From the NCBI RefSeq assembly GCF_964194025.1, contig NC_134472.1:67208001-67272000 (forward strand): a stretch of 64,000 nt of DNA, given 5' to 3'. The DNA is from Convolutriloba macropyga (Eukaryota). Both the position numbers and the translations under genes were made by a program. Under the pieces are notes generated by a model. It made no database searches and was not told the DNA's origin. It saw only the letters and a list, made by a program, of their open reading frames with translations. Below are positions 25,586 to 39,619 of this stretch, in pieces. The number at the start of each line of letters is the position of its first letter. Position 1 is the first letter of the stretch.

Positions 25586-26066
25586 AAGACATCGTTTTCT
25601 CTGCTGCTTGCGTTACAAACAGCACAAAACTCTGCTTCTCACTCAAATGACCATTCGATGAACGACTATCACTTTTCTCAGAACCCGTTTCTCCACTTTC
25701 ATCAACATTTTCACACCTCGTCTCAGAACCAATATCATCCCATTCCATCAATTCCAGCTTGATGGTCGCAAAGCATCTTCGAAACGACTGAATCTCCGTC
25801 CAAGTTTCGTGTGACGTCAACACAGCTGATGGCGACGTTCCCTTTTCCAGGCAAAGCAAGGAAAAGGCAAGATAATAATTCCAATTGTCCAATTTTACAT
25901 ATGGAAAATTTCCACAAAGAGAGCTGTAGATTTTGAACAATTTCTGTTTGCCTTCAATTCGGTTGAAAAAGTTGTTATCATATGAGACGTTAATAAAAGT
26001 ACAGGCACTGTCTTCAAACTGCCTAGTGTATAATTCTGGATTCAGCATATCTGAAAATTCACTCAT
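25586..26066 (-). CDS. TRAPPC9: First coding exon of TRAPPC9-like
   Basis: PELYTRQFED...LFKIYSSLC...WTEIQSFRR resembles the TRAPPC9 N-terminus (PDY..CAED...FFRIYKRIC...WGDFQTHRK); donor T|gtaagt (phase 1). Confidence 0.75.
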
Positions 26067-27160
26067 ATTAACCGTTGTTTAACAAATAAAGTTCAAGATA
26101 ACGAAAAAACATATCCAATATAGTCAAGATTATCCTTCATTAGGATTAAAAAACGCGAGGAAAGGAAGAAACAAACGGACTAATAACGGACGAAATGCTC
26201 TCAAATAACTGATGTGCGCGCACCCTGTTTCAACGGGTAGGGGTAGAACTCGGGTATTATGTTTACTAAAGAGCTTAGAATGATGTTATCAGTGCTGATA
26301 TAGGCCACTAGTCAGATTAAATTTGACAAATTGGATCAATTTAGGTTTGCTTTCCATTTAACTTTTGGTTGCAAACTGCCATTAAAGGAGCTAAGTTGCA
26401 AAAAATTGTGAATGAGATAGCAATTTAGATCACGTAGCAATCAAGAGGTCAAACGTGATAAAAGTCACTGAAATAGTAAAAAAAATAATACAAAAATTTT
26501 GCATAAAAGCAACACACGAAAGCAATAGTTGTCTCAAACTTCGTGCGAGAAGTAATAAAAAAATATGAACTCCTAAACTCTTTTTCCATGTCAAAAAGTG
26601 TTCAAACTTAAAGAACGCTTCGCCAAATTAGACAGTAATGTTGATATCAGAAAACAGAATTTGCTTATGTTACAAAACGATAGGGTCTTAATGAACAGGT
26701 TTTATCTAGACTAAACATTAACAAAATTTAAAAAGTTTATGTTCGGCAACAATTTATTCCCACTTTTAGAAAGTGCTTGGAAAAACTTTCCACCAATGCT
26801 CCCCAACGCTAGTGATCTCGGCTGATATAAAGCGGAATACTTACTTACTAAACATTCTCATCTGAATAATACTCCTTCGAGCCTTCATACTAATGTAATC
26901 AGATCAGAAGAAATTTAAGTTCCTTCTGTTTCATGTTAAATTCTATTATAATTCATTATTATTCAATAAATTCTTGTGCTGACCATAAATTCCCCAAAAG
27001 AACAAACTGTTAAATTAGAAATTACAGCATACCGCATCAAACAGGAAAGGCGTTTAAACCCTAAACAAATTCTAACTCAATCAAATTCATCATAAACAAG
27101 ATTGTTCCAATGCAGGGCTCCGACCCTCAACTTTCAATGTCAAACCCAGTGGAGAAACCA

Positions 27161-27457
27161 CTACAACTCACTTTTCAAAACAATGAGCTGTTTTGCAATA
27201 GGACACTGAGGACTAACTGTTTTTCTGTTTATACTAAGTTTTCTCTGTTTATACCGGATCTCCAGCGTGCTATGATTTATCTTCAACAACTCGTCTGTAG
27301 TGGCCTGAAAAAGTCCAACCATACAACCGCTTTTGTCTGAGCAGCAAACTTTATTTCTGAAATCATCAAGCAAAAATTTTGCTTTAAAACAGAGACGCAT
27401 GTTTAAAATAATTGCTTCAAATTTTGTTTGAGTGCAATAACAAACATAAATCTCCAC
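27161..27457 (-). CDS. Probable exon of an unidentified multi-exon gene between SIVA1 and TRAPPC9 (other candidate exons near 32000-32990 and 26850-26900)
   Basis: 98-codon open frame bounded by acceptor cttcataag| and donor A|gtgagt; no recognisable family. Confidence 0.35.
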   Translation of the reverse strand: MEIYVCYCTQTKFEAIILNMRLCFKAKFLLDDFRNKVCCSDKSGCMVGLFQATTDELLKINHSTLEIRYKQRKLSINRKTVSPQCPIAKQLIVLKSEL

Positions 27458-30069
27458 CTTATGAAGAACACCTACACCTAGAAACGGTCAAAACGACCAC
27501 AATGCAACAAAATGTAAAACGAAAGTAATTTGAACAAGACAAATAAGACTATGTCTAGAAAAAGAAGTTAAATTGTCATGAACAACGAAAATGGTACGTG
27601 AACAACAAATCACTCGCAAGTAAGGAGTACTTGTTTAGTTTGCAAATTCATATCTTCCTCTTCTTCATAAATGTGAAGAATTTAGGGATTTGAATCTTCA
27701 CTAGTTTTTTGCATTTCATTACGAGCGTTTACCGGTAAACAAAACAAATAGTTACAAAGAATGTGGCTGTAAATTCCTCTCGTTTGTTGACACCCAATGT
27801 GGAAATTGCCTAAATTTCGTGTGAGTAGTTTCCACACGGCAACCAAATAGCCTCAAAAGGACAATAATTCCAAAATATGCTATGAATAGTTACGTTCGGC
27901 AGAAAAAGCATTTGACAAAACTTTAATCTTTTCTGAAGTGAAGCAATACCGAAGTGAAGTGAAGTGTACGAGCAGATAAGACTAAGACACTTGTATCAAA
28001 TTACTAAATCGTTGATTACTAAAATGAAGGATTATAAAGCAATTAAGTGAAATCTAAATACGCAATTTTGCGGAATACACTTTTCCAAAAAATATTTTAC
28101 TGCCAAAAGTGAATTCTAATTTTCAACTTCCAGTGACTAAAACTTCCATATAATGCACCGCCTTTCCAACCGCAAAAGTTTGTAAGTACGTTTCACACGT
28201 ACAATGTATTAAGAGAGGAAAAGTGAAATCTGATACCGGTAGACGCAGGTAATGTTGTTTTTCGTCATGAGAACTTCAGAAAGTTAAAAAAGTGTCGACA
28301 AAAATTTCAGAGTGAACTTTATAAAACCAAACCTCTTAGGTCCCTTTCAGTTCGCAAATTACCGCAACTTAAAGATCGCTGGGCTTACGCAGCGCTGTGC
28401 AAAACTGATCATAAGCAACTGCAATTCAAAGATGGTAACTCACCTCTGCGTAACAATGAAATTCTGGATGAAAGAATAAAAAAGACACGCCAAAGTACAA
28501 ACAGAAATTATGCGAGAAAAGAGTGATAGATTTGTAGACCGATATTTATTACGGAAAACCAATCTAAGAAAATGATGCAACTGAAAATGTTTTCAATGTT
28601 ACGACACTTTTATTTGCACACCATTTTTAATGGGTACCCTTTTATATGGGATACCCTTTTTAATGGGGGTACTTTCAGGGATACACGTTTTAACGATCGA
28701 ACAGTCCGCCTAAGTTCAGTTGAGGTGAGAAGCTTACAATGACTCTTCATTTTCAAAAACAATTATATTCTGCCGATGCCTTGAACTTTTCAGTTCTTCC
28801 TATACTTTGAAAATAGTTTAAGTCACAACCTAATACTCGCTAAAATGTTGTACAACGGATTATATTTAGCCTATACCCTTGCATTAATCACAGGGAATTT
28901 CACAAAATTTTCAATGAAAATCTGTTAACATTCAAATAAATATATGAATTTTAGGCCCAAGTTTAAGAAGTCTTATCAGTAGCAGATCTTAATTCAGTCG
29001 GTCGTCAATATCGCCACTGTCATCAAGTAACCTCGATTTTGAACACCAAAATTTACTCAGAGTGTATTTACTAAGAACTTACAAATTGCAGCAAATGAGA
29101 TACACTATGGTACCGAAAAGCTAGGAGACGAAAAAAACTTGCTAATCATTAAACAAAAACAATGCTCCTTAAAAATGTTCAAAAATTGCAATGTTCAAAA
29201 GAGGTTTCATTCTCATTCTCTCTGTTTGAACAGATATGTTGGTATCACTACTTTGCTGTTTGAATAACTACAAATTGTTACGCTAAGATGAAAAATTTTC
29301 AGACTTATTTAATTCTTGACCTAAAGGAACGTTTTCCTAACTTTTTCTCAGAAAAAAGATTTTTTGTTGTTCTTGTCTCAGGAATCCCATATTTGAACAA
29401 CTCTGCAAAATTCCATTTATATAAAATTACAATTGAACTATAGGATGCGGGCTCAGCGTAAGTGCCCGCAGAAACTGACAAAAATTATTTCCTGAATTTG
29501 TTCGATCTTTCTATTCAATCGACAAATCAGCAGTAAATTTAAAATACTGCCTCTGTTGAGTCTGACAATCTACAAAATACGGAATTAAAATTAAAAACGA
29601 ACTAAATTTTTCAGAACGCCAGAGAATTGAGCACAAAGATGAACCAAGTATTCAACATGTGTTTAGTTCTTTTCTCTTTCTATAGAGAAGTTGTTTCCTA
29701 TGTTTTCCTGCACATCAAGAGTATCACAGCTGTTCAAACGGATTCAATTTCAGGCCGATAAATCCATAGAAAACAACTGCAAGGTGCTAATTTTTCAAAC
29801 ATTATTTTAAAAGTTTTCCTTACAGTAAGAAGCAGTTTTCCTTTCTCTTTCTCTTTATTATAAAATTCTAGCTTCTGTATTTTTTTCGATTTCCACATTT
29901 GATAACATTTTTTTGTTGTAGTTACATCGGGAACCTATTCAACTACCCATCAAAAAAAAATAAAAATAACCGACAACTCAAACCTAATAATTATTTTTTT
30001 ACTCTTTCGAATACATGTTTTTATAACGGTATAAAACAATTTAATTGATTTTTAAGCAAAATTGCAACA

Positions 30070-31337
30070 GAGCCAACAAATTACCGGAAAAAAAGCCGTC
30101 GTTGGCCCCCTCCACGTTCATGGGGGTGGCAAAAAAACGACAAAAATTGACAGTTTTTTGAGTGTCAAAAAGCGCTCTAATTTGGTTTACAGTTTCAGTT
30201 AGATTCTATAATTAAATTCAACTCAGCTTCTCAATTAAAAGCTATTTAGCTGATAATAAATGAAGCTAGCAATTGCTCAAATGAAATTGATCACCTAATG
30301 CAATATGATTTATTGACGACTTAGATCGGTTAATTCCGTTTCTGATTTTGTTCGTTTGACCAAGACCGTATTCAATGCGAATTTCATTGAGAGAAGGGAA
30401 TTAAATTCTTTTCAGTAGCAACAGTGAGTTATGTTTGTCAGAAATCAAACCAGAAAGTCGTGACTTATGAAAACCAAAACACGTGATTGGAAGGAAAATC
30501 AGACATAGGCGGAACATTTCGGAAAACGATTCGAAGAGTCCTCTTTTTCAATTAATTGGTAGCTACTGAACTGAATAACAAAACATTAAATATGAGTTAA
30601 GAAAACATCAATTAATTCTTTATATAATACAAGTATACCTAACTTTTTTCTATGTAATTGAAAGCATCCATTTTTTCAAACAGAAATAGGCGAGCCATGT
30701 CGGGCTCAGGAAACTTTCTCATTTTGATCAAAAAAGATTACTGCAAAAACTTAGCAAAAAAACGGTAAAAAACTTAGTTTTGGGGTCAAATGATACAACT
30801 TTTGTAAAAAAACTTGATAACTCTACTCGAAACTGAAAACTTAGCCGGCCGATTGCCGGAAAATAGCGGTGATAGACGCTTGTGTCCTTTCATGGAATTG
30901 AATAAGATAGACAGATTGACCACCACTCCTTTAATAGACCACTAGATTTTTTGGGTTAGGTTCGGACTGTCATTTTTATGAGACACACACGCACTACAAG
31001 GAAGTACTCATAGAGTTTTTTCGAAGTTAATATTCTAAATCAAAAACTCAAGACTCTATACTCAAGAATTAGGGCATTTACGTTCGGCACTATTTGGATG
31101 CACACTACTGATTTTCAACTAGTAAATGTTCATAAAATTTAAAGTTCATTAAGTGAGGCAAGTCACGCAATTGACCTAAAAGCAGAACAAATGATGTCAC
31201 GTACACAAATTTTAAAAGCAAAGCAGTAGAAGTCAGTAAAAGTCAATTCCAAGAAGTCGTAAGAATCATCGATGGAGACGAGGAGTTAAAAAAACACGAT
31301 TTCCCCAATTATATCCGCTATCGCTTCACGGTTATTA
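30070..31337 (-). mobile_element. Two further Helentron-like copies (~30070-30565 and ~30842-31337)
   Basis: Shared head attgccggaaaatagc; the first matches the copy B body, the second has a subTIR variant aatagcggtga/tcacggttatt. Confidence 0.55.
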
Positions 31338-33370
31338 ATAAAATAATTATTACAATCTATTCACAAATAAAATGTATTCACAATTTTACCGCACCAAAAG
31401 AGTAAAATTTTTTATTACAAATTCATCACCCCACTCCCATTTATTTCCTCTTTTCTTACTTTTCCCAGTTTTTCAGATACCATCCACTTTTTTAACAAGC
31501 GATAAAATTTAGCTTAGTTTTAAAAGCGTAGTTTTTTATCAAAATTAAAAGCAGCCTCTAAGGGCTCAAAAATGATGGTTCTCCTTTTCGCTACGATGCG
31601 AAACCAAAAAGTGAAAATTTGACTGCAGAAAAAAAAGCCACCTCGCATATATATTCCCGCATTTTGAAAAATATTGGAACAACTAGGAACTGAGTGCTAA
31701 GAGTGAACAATCGACATAATTTGCACAACATAGCTCAAAAGTCGCATTAAAAACAATGAAAAGGCCTTCTCAAGCTTTCGCAAACTGCGAAAATGTCCCG
31801 AAGACTTAGAAAACCAGCCAAAGCATTGCACTAAGTGAAAAAGCAAGTATGAATAAAGAAAGCGCGCCTGCTAAACCTATTCACTAGAACTGCAAATGAA
31901 ATATAGATTTGATAAATTGAAGCTAACATGTTAACAGAGCTTATAAGTTCCTAAACAGCTCTTAATCCCCGAAATCAATGAAAGTATCAACTAACATATT
32001 GTGGCCACAATCATTTTAGCAAGCCTCTTTCGACATAATTTTGAGCCCCTAAAGTTCTTCATCTGTCTCGGCAGATTCATTTCGTTGATAAAAATGGTTT
32101 CTAAGGCATCACAAACACACCAGCTCAACTTGAGGATTATTTGGTTTAAAATTGATTGCCCACAAGCAGGTCACGATCGACCTAATTCAGAGACGCCAAG
32201 AAATCTGATTAAGAAAGTAATGGAAACGAAGTATTTATGCCAATTCAAGCCACACTTCGACTCTTTGCAACAAAAGACCTACTGACTTCAACATACTTAT
32301 TGTATTGATGAAGAGGCCGAAGTATCGGGCGAAAATTACCAAATGCAAAAGTAAAAGATGATCTTTCTGCATTATGCAGATACTTTTCAATGTCACGTTA
32401 TTAGATTTCCTTCAACTTGGCGCGAATTGCCTAATGCCAAAAGTTTATATAAATATTTTTTGAGGGCGATAGGTCTTCTGATAACATCCCTACAGAAATT
32501 CTTGGCATCTAGAAGAGCATCCTTGAAATTTTTTTTAAAATGGTAAAATGATAGTTAAATTACAAAATTTAATTAGTCAGTTAAAACAAGTGTCAATACA
32601 ACAAATCAACAATCTCAATGTTTAATAAGAGCTAAAACTAAACAGTAGAAATTCTGAACGAATTTACTCGCGATACATCAGCATCTATTCAGTGATTTTT
32701 ATTCAATATCAGTTGACACGAAATATTAAATACTGCCAGGATGGTCAACTTCAGGACACCAAACAATGATATTAAGCGCTCCCAGTTTAATATTCTTAAT
32801 CAGAAAAAGGTGAACAAATTTCTGCTGAACACGTACGTCAATTTTCAATATATTTCTTAGACAAAAATATAACAGAGAAAAAAACCTTTTTATAGCACAT
32901 CCAACTTCGGTTCGAATGTTATAATTCAATTTTCCGGCAATTAGGTACGACAATTTGCATGAATCTCTTCTTGGTAACGCTGAAACCCTCAGTTCACTGT
33001 GTTACATTTGAAGGATGTAATATTACAGCAAGCTAAGAAATGGAGTACTTTTCGTGTTTCAAAAATACATTCTCGACTTACAGGTTTTAAACGTCGACTT
33101 AGGTTTGCACTATTTTTGACTACTTGTAACAGGATATACTTCGTTTGCTTCCTGGTAGCGAGGGAAACTACCGAATATAATGAAATCAACTACAATGAAC
33201 AGTTGAGACCATTGTCATCATTTTACAGTTAGAGCAGCTTATAGACCTCAAAATTACTGTCTTCATATTGCGGAAGAGTGAAGACCATCATTATAATCAT
33301 TGCACTGAATAGTTCAGACTTCAATATTAATTCCAACACATGAAAAACACTAGAATCAAACTGTCATTTT

Positions 33371-33588
33371 TCAAGAGCATCCCAAGCATAGACTTTCACA
33401 TCTACACTTGTGGCAGAAGAACTGTTTGCACAGTTTGCATTGCACACCACAGGGGTTGTCTGTTGATCTAGGAGCAGTTACAGTGCATATTAGTACTGAG
33501 CAGTAGTAGCAATGGGTGGCATTGGGGTCTAGATTGCAGCATCTGAAGTCACCACTTCTGGTCTCGTTCGAGTTGACGTCAAATGCAA
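33371..33588 (-). CDS. SIVA1: SIVA1-like exon 3 (Cys-rich zinc-binding C-terminus)
   Basis: Acceptor ttgcag|TT; CC..CYYC..IC..CGVQCKLC..FCHKC..LCLGCS then TGA, the Siva C-terminal Cys pattern. Confidence 0.75.
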
Positions 33589-34671
33589 CTGCAACAAATC
33601 AGCAACAAATGAGCATGTTATCGATGTGATAATTCTTAAGTATATTTTGCCGCCTAACAGTTGTAAACTTGATTTCTTCGACAAGTTTGAATCATAATAA
33701 TCGAAAACAAGCTAAACAACTAAACAAAGGTGCACGTGGCGAAACAAAAGAAATGATTGAATAAAGAAATTGAAACAAGGATCCTATTTTTGAAACAACA
33801 AAACCCAAGGAATTGAAGAAGAAAGACGACAACTGCAACTCCCCCCGACCGGGACCAGACGGCCATCGTCAGAGCAACTACAACTATAGTAAGCCCCATC
33901 AAGTTGCAACGCAAGCCAACGTTCGGAAAATTTGAGCCATGCAAATGGTCAGTGTTTCGCTAGATATCTGCATATTTTAAATTTGAACTATGACCTTTAA
34001 AACGTTCGACAACGTTGCAACTTTATGGGACTGACCAAAAATCATATTCCACACAACAGAGGAATTGAATTTTGCATAGCATTAAATCTTTTAAGGCCAC
34101 AAGCACACCACCCGTGTTCAACTTGTACTTTTTGGTTTATAATTAAGTGCCCACAAGCAGGTCACGATCGACCTAATTCAGAGACGCCAGGAAATCTGAT
34201 TAGGAACGTAATGGCGCAACTGCATCAAATCAGCTAGCCATGTTCCACACAACTGAGGAATTGAATTTTGCGTAACAATAAACCTTCATATCCATAGAAA
34301 TAAGATTTTGGGTTAAAATAATGTTTAGTTAAGATTTCGCATAAGGTGCTCTACATCAGATTTTGATTCAATAAGACCTTGAACCAAAGGATCTATAAAT
34401 TACTAATTTATTATCAGCAGTCGGGTCATACTTGTTGAAGCATAACTTTCTTGACATTTCCAACAAAATGTACCAAAAAACTCAATGTAAAACTCATTAG
34501 CGACAGGAACGCGTAAAATACAGAGCTAACTAATTTTTAAAATTCAGTAATGTGACCACCTCTGAGGGGGAGACAGACCCTCCAAGTCTGTCTCACCTTC
34601 ATTACTTAGATCTGTGCAGCTACAAAAGCTAAAACAATTAACATCAAATTAAACATCAGAAGTCAACTAAC

Positions 34672-34912
34672 TAGAGGGCTTAAGCAACTCTCGCTTAGTC
34701 GGTTTCTGATCTAGGCTAGTAGTCTTCATTGCACCATGCTCGGCATTCCTAATATTATTGGCATTGTTGTTATTATCCTCTTTGGACGGTGATGCCATGT
34801 GACCTAGTCCCTTGTAGTACTCGGATGCCCCATTCCTCAGTCTGTCAAGAGTCTGTTGACACACTCGTCGCATGACGTCATCACTCTGCCGGTTCACCAA
34901 TTTCTGTGTAAC
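34672..34912 (-). CDS. SIVA1: SIVA1-like exon 2 (amphipathic helix region)
   Basis: VTQKLVNRQSDDVMRRVCQQTLDRLRNGASEY aligns with Siva VSQREL...SQEVFEKTKRLLFLGAQAY; acceptor ttttcag, donor A|gttagt (phase 1). Confidence 0.75.
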
Positions 34913-35592
34913 CTGAAAATACACTCAAAATTTCCTGTGAGATCCATAACTTCAGATTTATAGTTTTACATTTGAAAGTTAAAAAATTAAACACAATTCT
35001 TATGATTTTAGCTAAGAAAATTGCACTTTCAACGCCCCTAGTTTAAGTTGAATCGTAATGACATCGTTGCTAAATAAGAAAATAATTTTAATTACTAAAA
35101 TTTCATTTTAAACAACTCCGAGTTTGATATTGAGCATACTTTTAACTAAAGCATTAACTTCACTGAAGGCTGGGTTTTGATTATTGAGTTCTGTCAATAG
35201 TCGAACACAAGAATCGGTTGCAATTTTTCCTGACGTTTAATATCTGTGGATAATTCGAAAGCCGTTGTTTTTCCAACAGTAATGATTAGACTACTACCGC
35301 TAAATCTGCTGCACAAATCATCAGGGACCGCACCAGCAATGTAGTAGGTCCTGACTATTTTGGCGAACTGTAGTCGCAAGACGTGTATATGTTTTGCGTA
35401 AAAAAATGTAAAGAAAAACAATTCTAATTCAACTTTCTTCACAACTTATGACTTGAAGTTCTTCTAAACTTTAGCAAAGTCTTCTAAACTTAAAACTAGG
35501 AAATCTGGTCTTTCTTTTCTACCTGATATAGACTCATGAAGGTGACAGAATAAAGCATAAGAGCCAAAAACCATACCGTGATTTACACATAC

Positions 35593-35760
35593 CTGAGACT
35601 TGAGATGTGGCTGGAAAAAATGGTCGTTCCCATCATTATTACTCTCCCTCATAGCTCCTGGCAGTCCATCGGGGGCACACAATTTCCTCTTGTTGCCACC
35701 ACAACTGCTATTGCTACTGCTACTGTTGGTTGAAGAAGTCATTGCAGGGGAAGAAGCCAT
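35593..35760 (-). CDS. SIVA1: SIVA1-like apoptosis regulator, exon 1; model join(35593..35760, 34672..34912, 33371..33588), 208 aa
   Basis: KRKLC...QPHLKSQ resembles the Siva N-terminus (KRSC...PLQLKVRV); donor CAG|gtatgt (phase 0). Confidence 0.75.
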
Positions 35761-36269
35761 TGGGATACTAGCTTTTACTCAAAATCTTCGGATGAATGTT
35801 AAAACACAAAATGATCTGAAATGAGACATGGATAGAAACAGGACGAAGTTGCCAAGAAGGCGACGATGTGTTACGCTGAAAGGTAAACTATGGAGACAAG
35901 AGGTAGCTCTATGTCAGTACGTCATATGAAGCAACCGCTCCCAAAAAACTCAGAGGTTTTGAGGCGAGAAACCGAAACAGCTTTTAAAATAATTGAAATG
36001 AGAGAGCAGTTATCTTCCAAAATGCCTTCGACGAAAAACAGAGACCGTATATTAGGCTGAGGCTGCTCCAGAGATTAGAAAATATCTACCAAGAACCAAT
36101 AAAGCTCAAGTTTCAATTTCATCACAAAACCGGAGAAGACCACTGAAATTGAAGCATAAAAGATCATTCACACCATAGTCATATTTCTCTAAAACTCAGT
36201 TCACCACGCAAAACACTCAGATTGCATAATAATTGAGTTCCAAAAATTATTGTTCCGACCCCACTTGTG

Positions 36270-36450
36270 GGGGGGGGAGGAACTATATACTCAAATTGGT
36301 TTTTTTTTGTTCCGTGAATTTTGGCCGACCGATATATTCATCGTAGAGAAATGTGCGTGGTATCATTAAAAAGCTCGTCCAGCGTAGAATTGGAAATTAA
36401 AAAGATTTTTTTGAATTTCGTTTTTTTCGAGTTATCGAGGTTTAAAGTTT
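36270..36450. repeat. Dispersed repeat, inverted copy of ~19010-19185
   Basis: gggggaggaactatatactca...gtggtatcattaaaagc matches the reverse complement of ~19070-19185. Confidence 0.75.
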
Positions 36451-36989
36451 CATGTGAACACTGGATATTTGGTTCACTTTGTTCACTTTTACTGTAATTG
36501 TCGTTCGAATTAACGTTTTTTCTACGAAAAATTTAATTCATAACTAGATTTCACGCCAAAAAGAAAATCAATTTTAGGTTTTTAATAGACGAAAGGAGAT
36601 AATAAAGACTAGTTCTAGTCTTAGAGGGAAGTTTAATATATATAAAAAAATTCGAATTAGGTTTGGGAGCTCTTTTTTTTAGAAAATTTTGCAATTTTTT
36701 TGTTTTTCAAGTCACCTAGAGACTACTAGACACTTTCTATATCAAAGTTCCGTTAATGAAAAACCTTTTTTACGATCAAATGAAGCCCAATGAACAAAAA
36801 ATTTGTTTCGAACGGATCGCTCATGTTTTTTTTTGCACTCGTACCTCAAATTTCAAATGAAATTTTGATTTATTTTTTGAGGTTTTACTAAAGTTTTATA
36901 ATCCTATGGCATAAACTTGTTGACTAAAAGTGCAATAGATTTGCTATTGCTAATGAGCATTAAGTGAACCTATCTAGTGCTGTGAGTGG

Positions 36990-38110
36990 GCAGCTAATGG
37001 CTGTTAAGACTTTGAAAATAAATTTTCGAAAGTTTTTTAAAATTAGTAAATCATAAATTTATTTTTGCGAACTGCAAGTTCGTCTCAGTAAAAACAGGAT
37101 TGAACTCCTTCATACCACTGCAACATAAGTTAATCTCATTGGCGGCTTTATCAAATAACTATTGGTTATACGTCTTCAATGCCACAAGATTTGAAATATT
37201 TTAAAAAAATTTTTGGACATTTCGTTTTATTGGTTCATTTTGAAATCTTATCACGTCATCCTAATATTGATGGCTACATCTTCCTTTAGTGAAGACGTCC
37301 AAAGGATCATAGATAAAACTTTCTGAGAAAAAAATACGGTTTAAATGGCTTCAACACTTTCTTCTAAAGAAATTCTTCACATTTTTCTAAAGAAATTTTG
37401 GTTTTTGTCTGTATTTGTTGTTTTTTTCATAGTCACAAGACATATTGTGATGTCTTATTGATTACCTAGGCATCATAAACATCCTTGTATTCACTTCGTG
37501 GCATAGCTGAGCGTATTCATTGAATTCCTATGAAAGCTTTTGAGTTTAATGACTGTTAAGACTTTAAAAATATTTTTTTAAATTTTTTTTTGAACATAAA
37601 TCAATCTTAAGCTTATTTTCGTGGATTGTAAATCAGTCTCGGTAATGACAGAACCGCTTTTTTTCTACATCAGCAACAATTTATCTAGTTAGCGGTTTTG
37701 TCTTCTAACTATTGGTTTTTTTTTTTACTTCGGTGCACGAGTTTTCATAATTTTTATAATTTTTGGATTTTTTTTTAGTAATTTTGGTTCCTTTTGAAAT
37801 CGTATTACATTATCCTAATATTGATAGCTCCCATTGGCTTAGTGAAGACGTTCAATGGATCGTTGAAAAAATTTCCAGAGAAAAAAGCTTATGGTTCAAA
37901 TAGCTTCGACACTTTCTTCTCTCAATTTTCTACCGAACTTTTGGATTTTGCCTGTTTTTTGTTGTTGTTTTCATAGTCAATGACTTGTTGTAATGTGTTA
38001 TTGATAAATTTTGAATGACAAACATCCTAGTCGTCACATCATCTAGGCATAATTTAGCGTATTAAATGCCTTCCGTTAAAAGCTGTAGAATTTATTGACT
38101 TTGATACTAT
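36990..38110. repeat. Tandem duplication, unit ~560 bp
   Basis: ctgttaagacttt, atcctaatattgat and ttagtgaagacgt each occur twice at a consistent offset. Confidence 0.75.
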
Positions 38111-39619
38111 GGGTTTTCTCAAAAATACGACTTATTGTGATGAATTATTGATGTCACATGAATGAAACCTATGATTGCTATTTCATCGAGGCAGAATTTA
38201 GTGTGTTTAATTAACTTAAAATGTAGCATTTTTTTTTAAAATTCAAACATCTATTTTTGTTATCTCTTCATTTGGTTGACAATTAAGTCAAAAATGTAGA
38301 TGAGCTCGGGTCGGAACATCATGTGCGAACTGTAGGACATATTTGGTTCTATCGTACAATATTGTTTTTTCCGGGCAAATGCTAATTCTCCTGACAGTCA
38401 ACTATTATTCAATGGGCCAGTCGTTTTTTTCCATTGGCTTTGCAGGTATAGTCTTTTTAATAATCGTGAATGGCAGCTGGGTACTCAGAAACTACTTCAT
38501 CAAATCAGGACGGTGCAAGAGATCGGTAAGATATTTTCAGAGCATCATATTCTACGTCACGCTATCATACAAACTGTTTGCGTTTATCATCCGCGCAAAA
38601 GTGTAGGAGTGTTTCAAGTTATTGTAAGGAAGTTAGCAATGATTTGCTTGTAAGAATCGATGTTCAAAAACCAAGTTTAATCAATCGCAAATTGAGAGCT
38701 CGACTAAATGAAGACGTATGGGCTCAGTTAATGAATTAATTTTTATTTTTGTAAATTGGAGAGCGGCATTTTTATCATAAACAGGGACGTGAACGAGTGT
38801 ACAGTGTCAGACTTGAAATTTTTGAAACTTAGTATTCCGAAATATTCGGAGCAGCAAGCTAATAACACGAAATCTAACTTAAAAACGGCGTAATGATATT
38901 CTGAATTGTTTTCCAGCAAAAAACACCAAATTGCCATTGTGTAGTTCAAATCGCCCTAGTTAATTGTATTACCATTCAACGAGTTTTTGACCATTATATT
39001 TGAGGCAATTTAGTTTCCAAGAACTTTGATTGGCCTGAATTGTACGAATAGGGGTAATATTTTTTGCTTAATAAATACTATGAGTTTGCAAGGCGAGTCT
39101 TTAGATATTAAATCCATAAGCTTAAATTGTTACGCAGGTAACTAGCTGATACAAAGAGCATAAGCATAAATTAGCTAACTACTAGCTAATTACATCACTT
39201 AGTTAAAAATTAAAACTCCCGACTCTACGACTTGCTGCAAAAGTTCTTGAAGCGGAAGCCAAACGCTGACTCTCATAGCTTCAAAAACTTCTAATATGAT
39301 GAAAACGCTAAACACTATCAGGGAACTCTCCCTCTCAGTTCCGTTAAAAAATACTCAAAAAATGTAATCGTGAATCGCCTGATTGTCGGAGACCAAGGCT
39401 TTTTGTCAATAAGCTGAAAATTTTGTACAGGCAGAAACTTCTCGCAGTCGCACAGGTACCTCAAAAGTAATAAAAAAGCCTGCCCAATTTCCATCCCGAA
39501 CGTATTCGAGAGACAAAATAGCCAATAAAATCTTCGAAAAAGCACATTTTGTTATCACCTTTCACGCCGCCTTTAGTACACCAGAACAAACACTCAAAAC
39601 AACAATTGAAATAGAATAT

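Noticed and set aside
33885-33905. RNase MRP RNA (GGGGCTTACT resembles the P4 3' strand)
   Set aside because: No upstream GAAAGTCCCC partner or P1 complement was found
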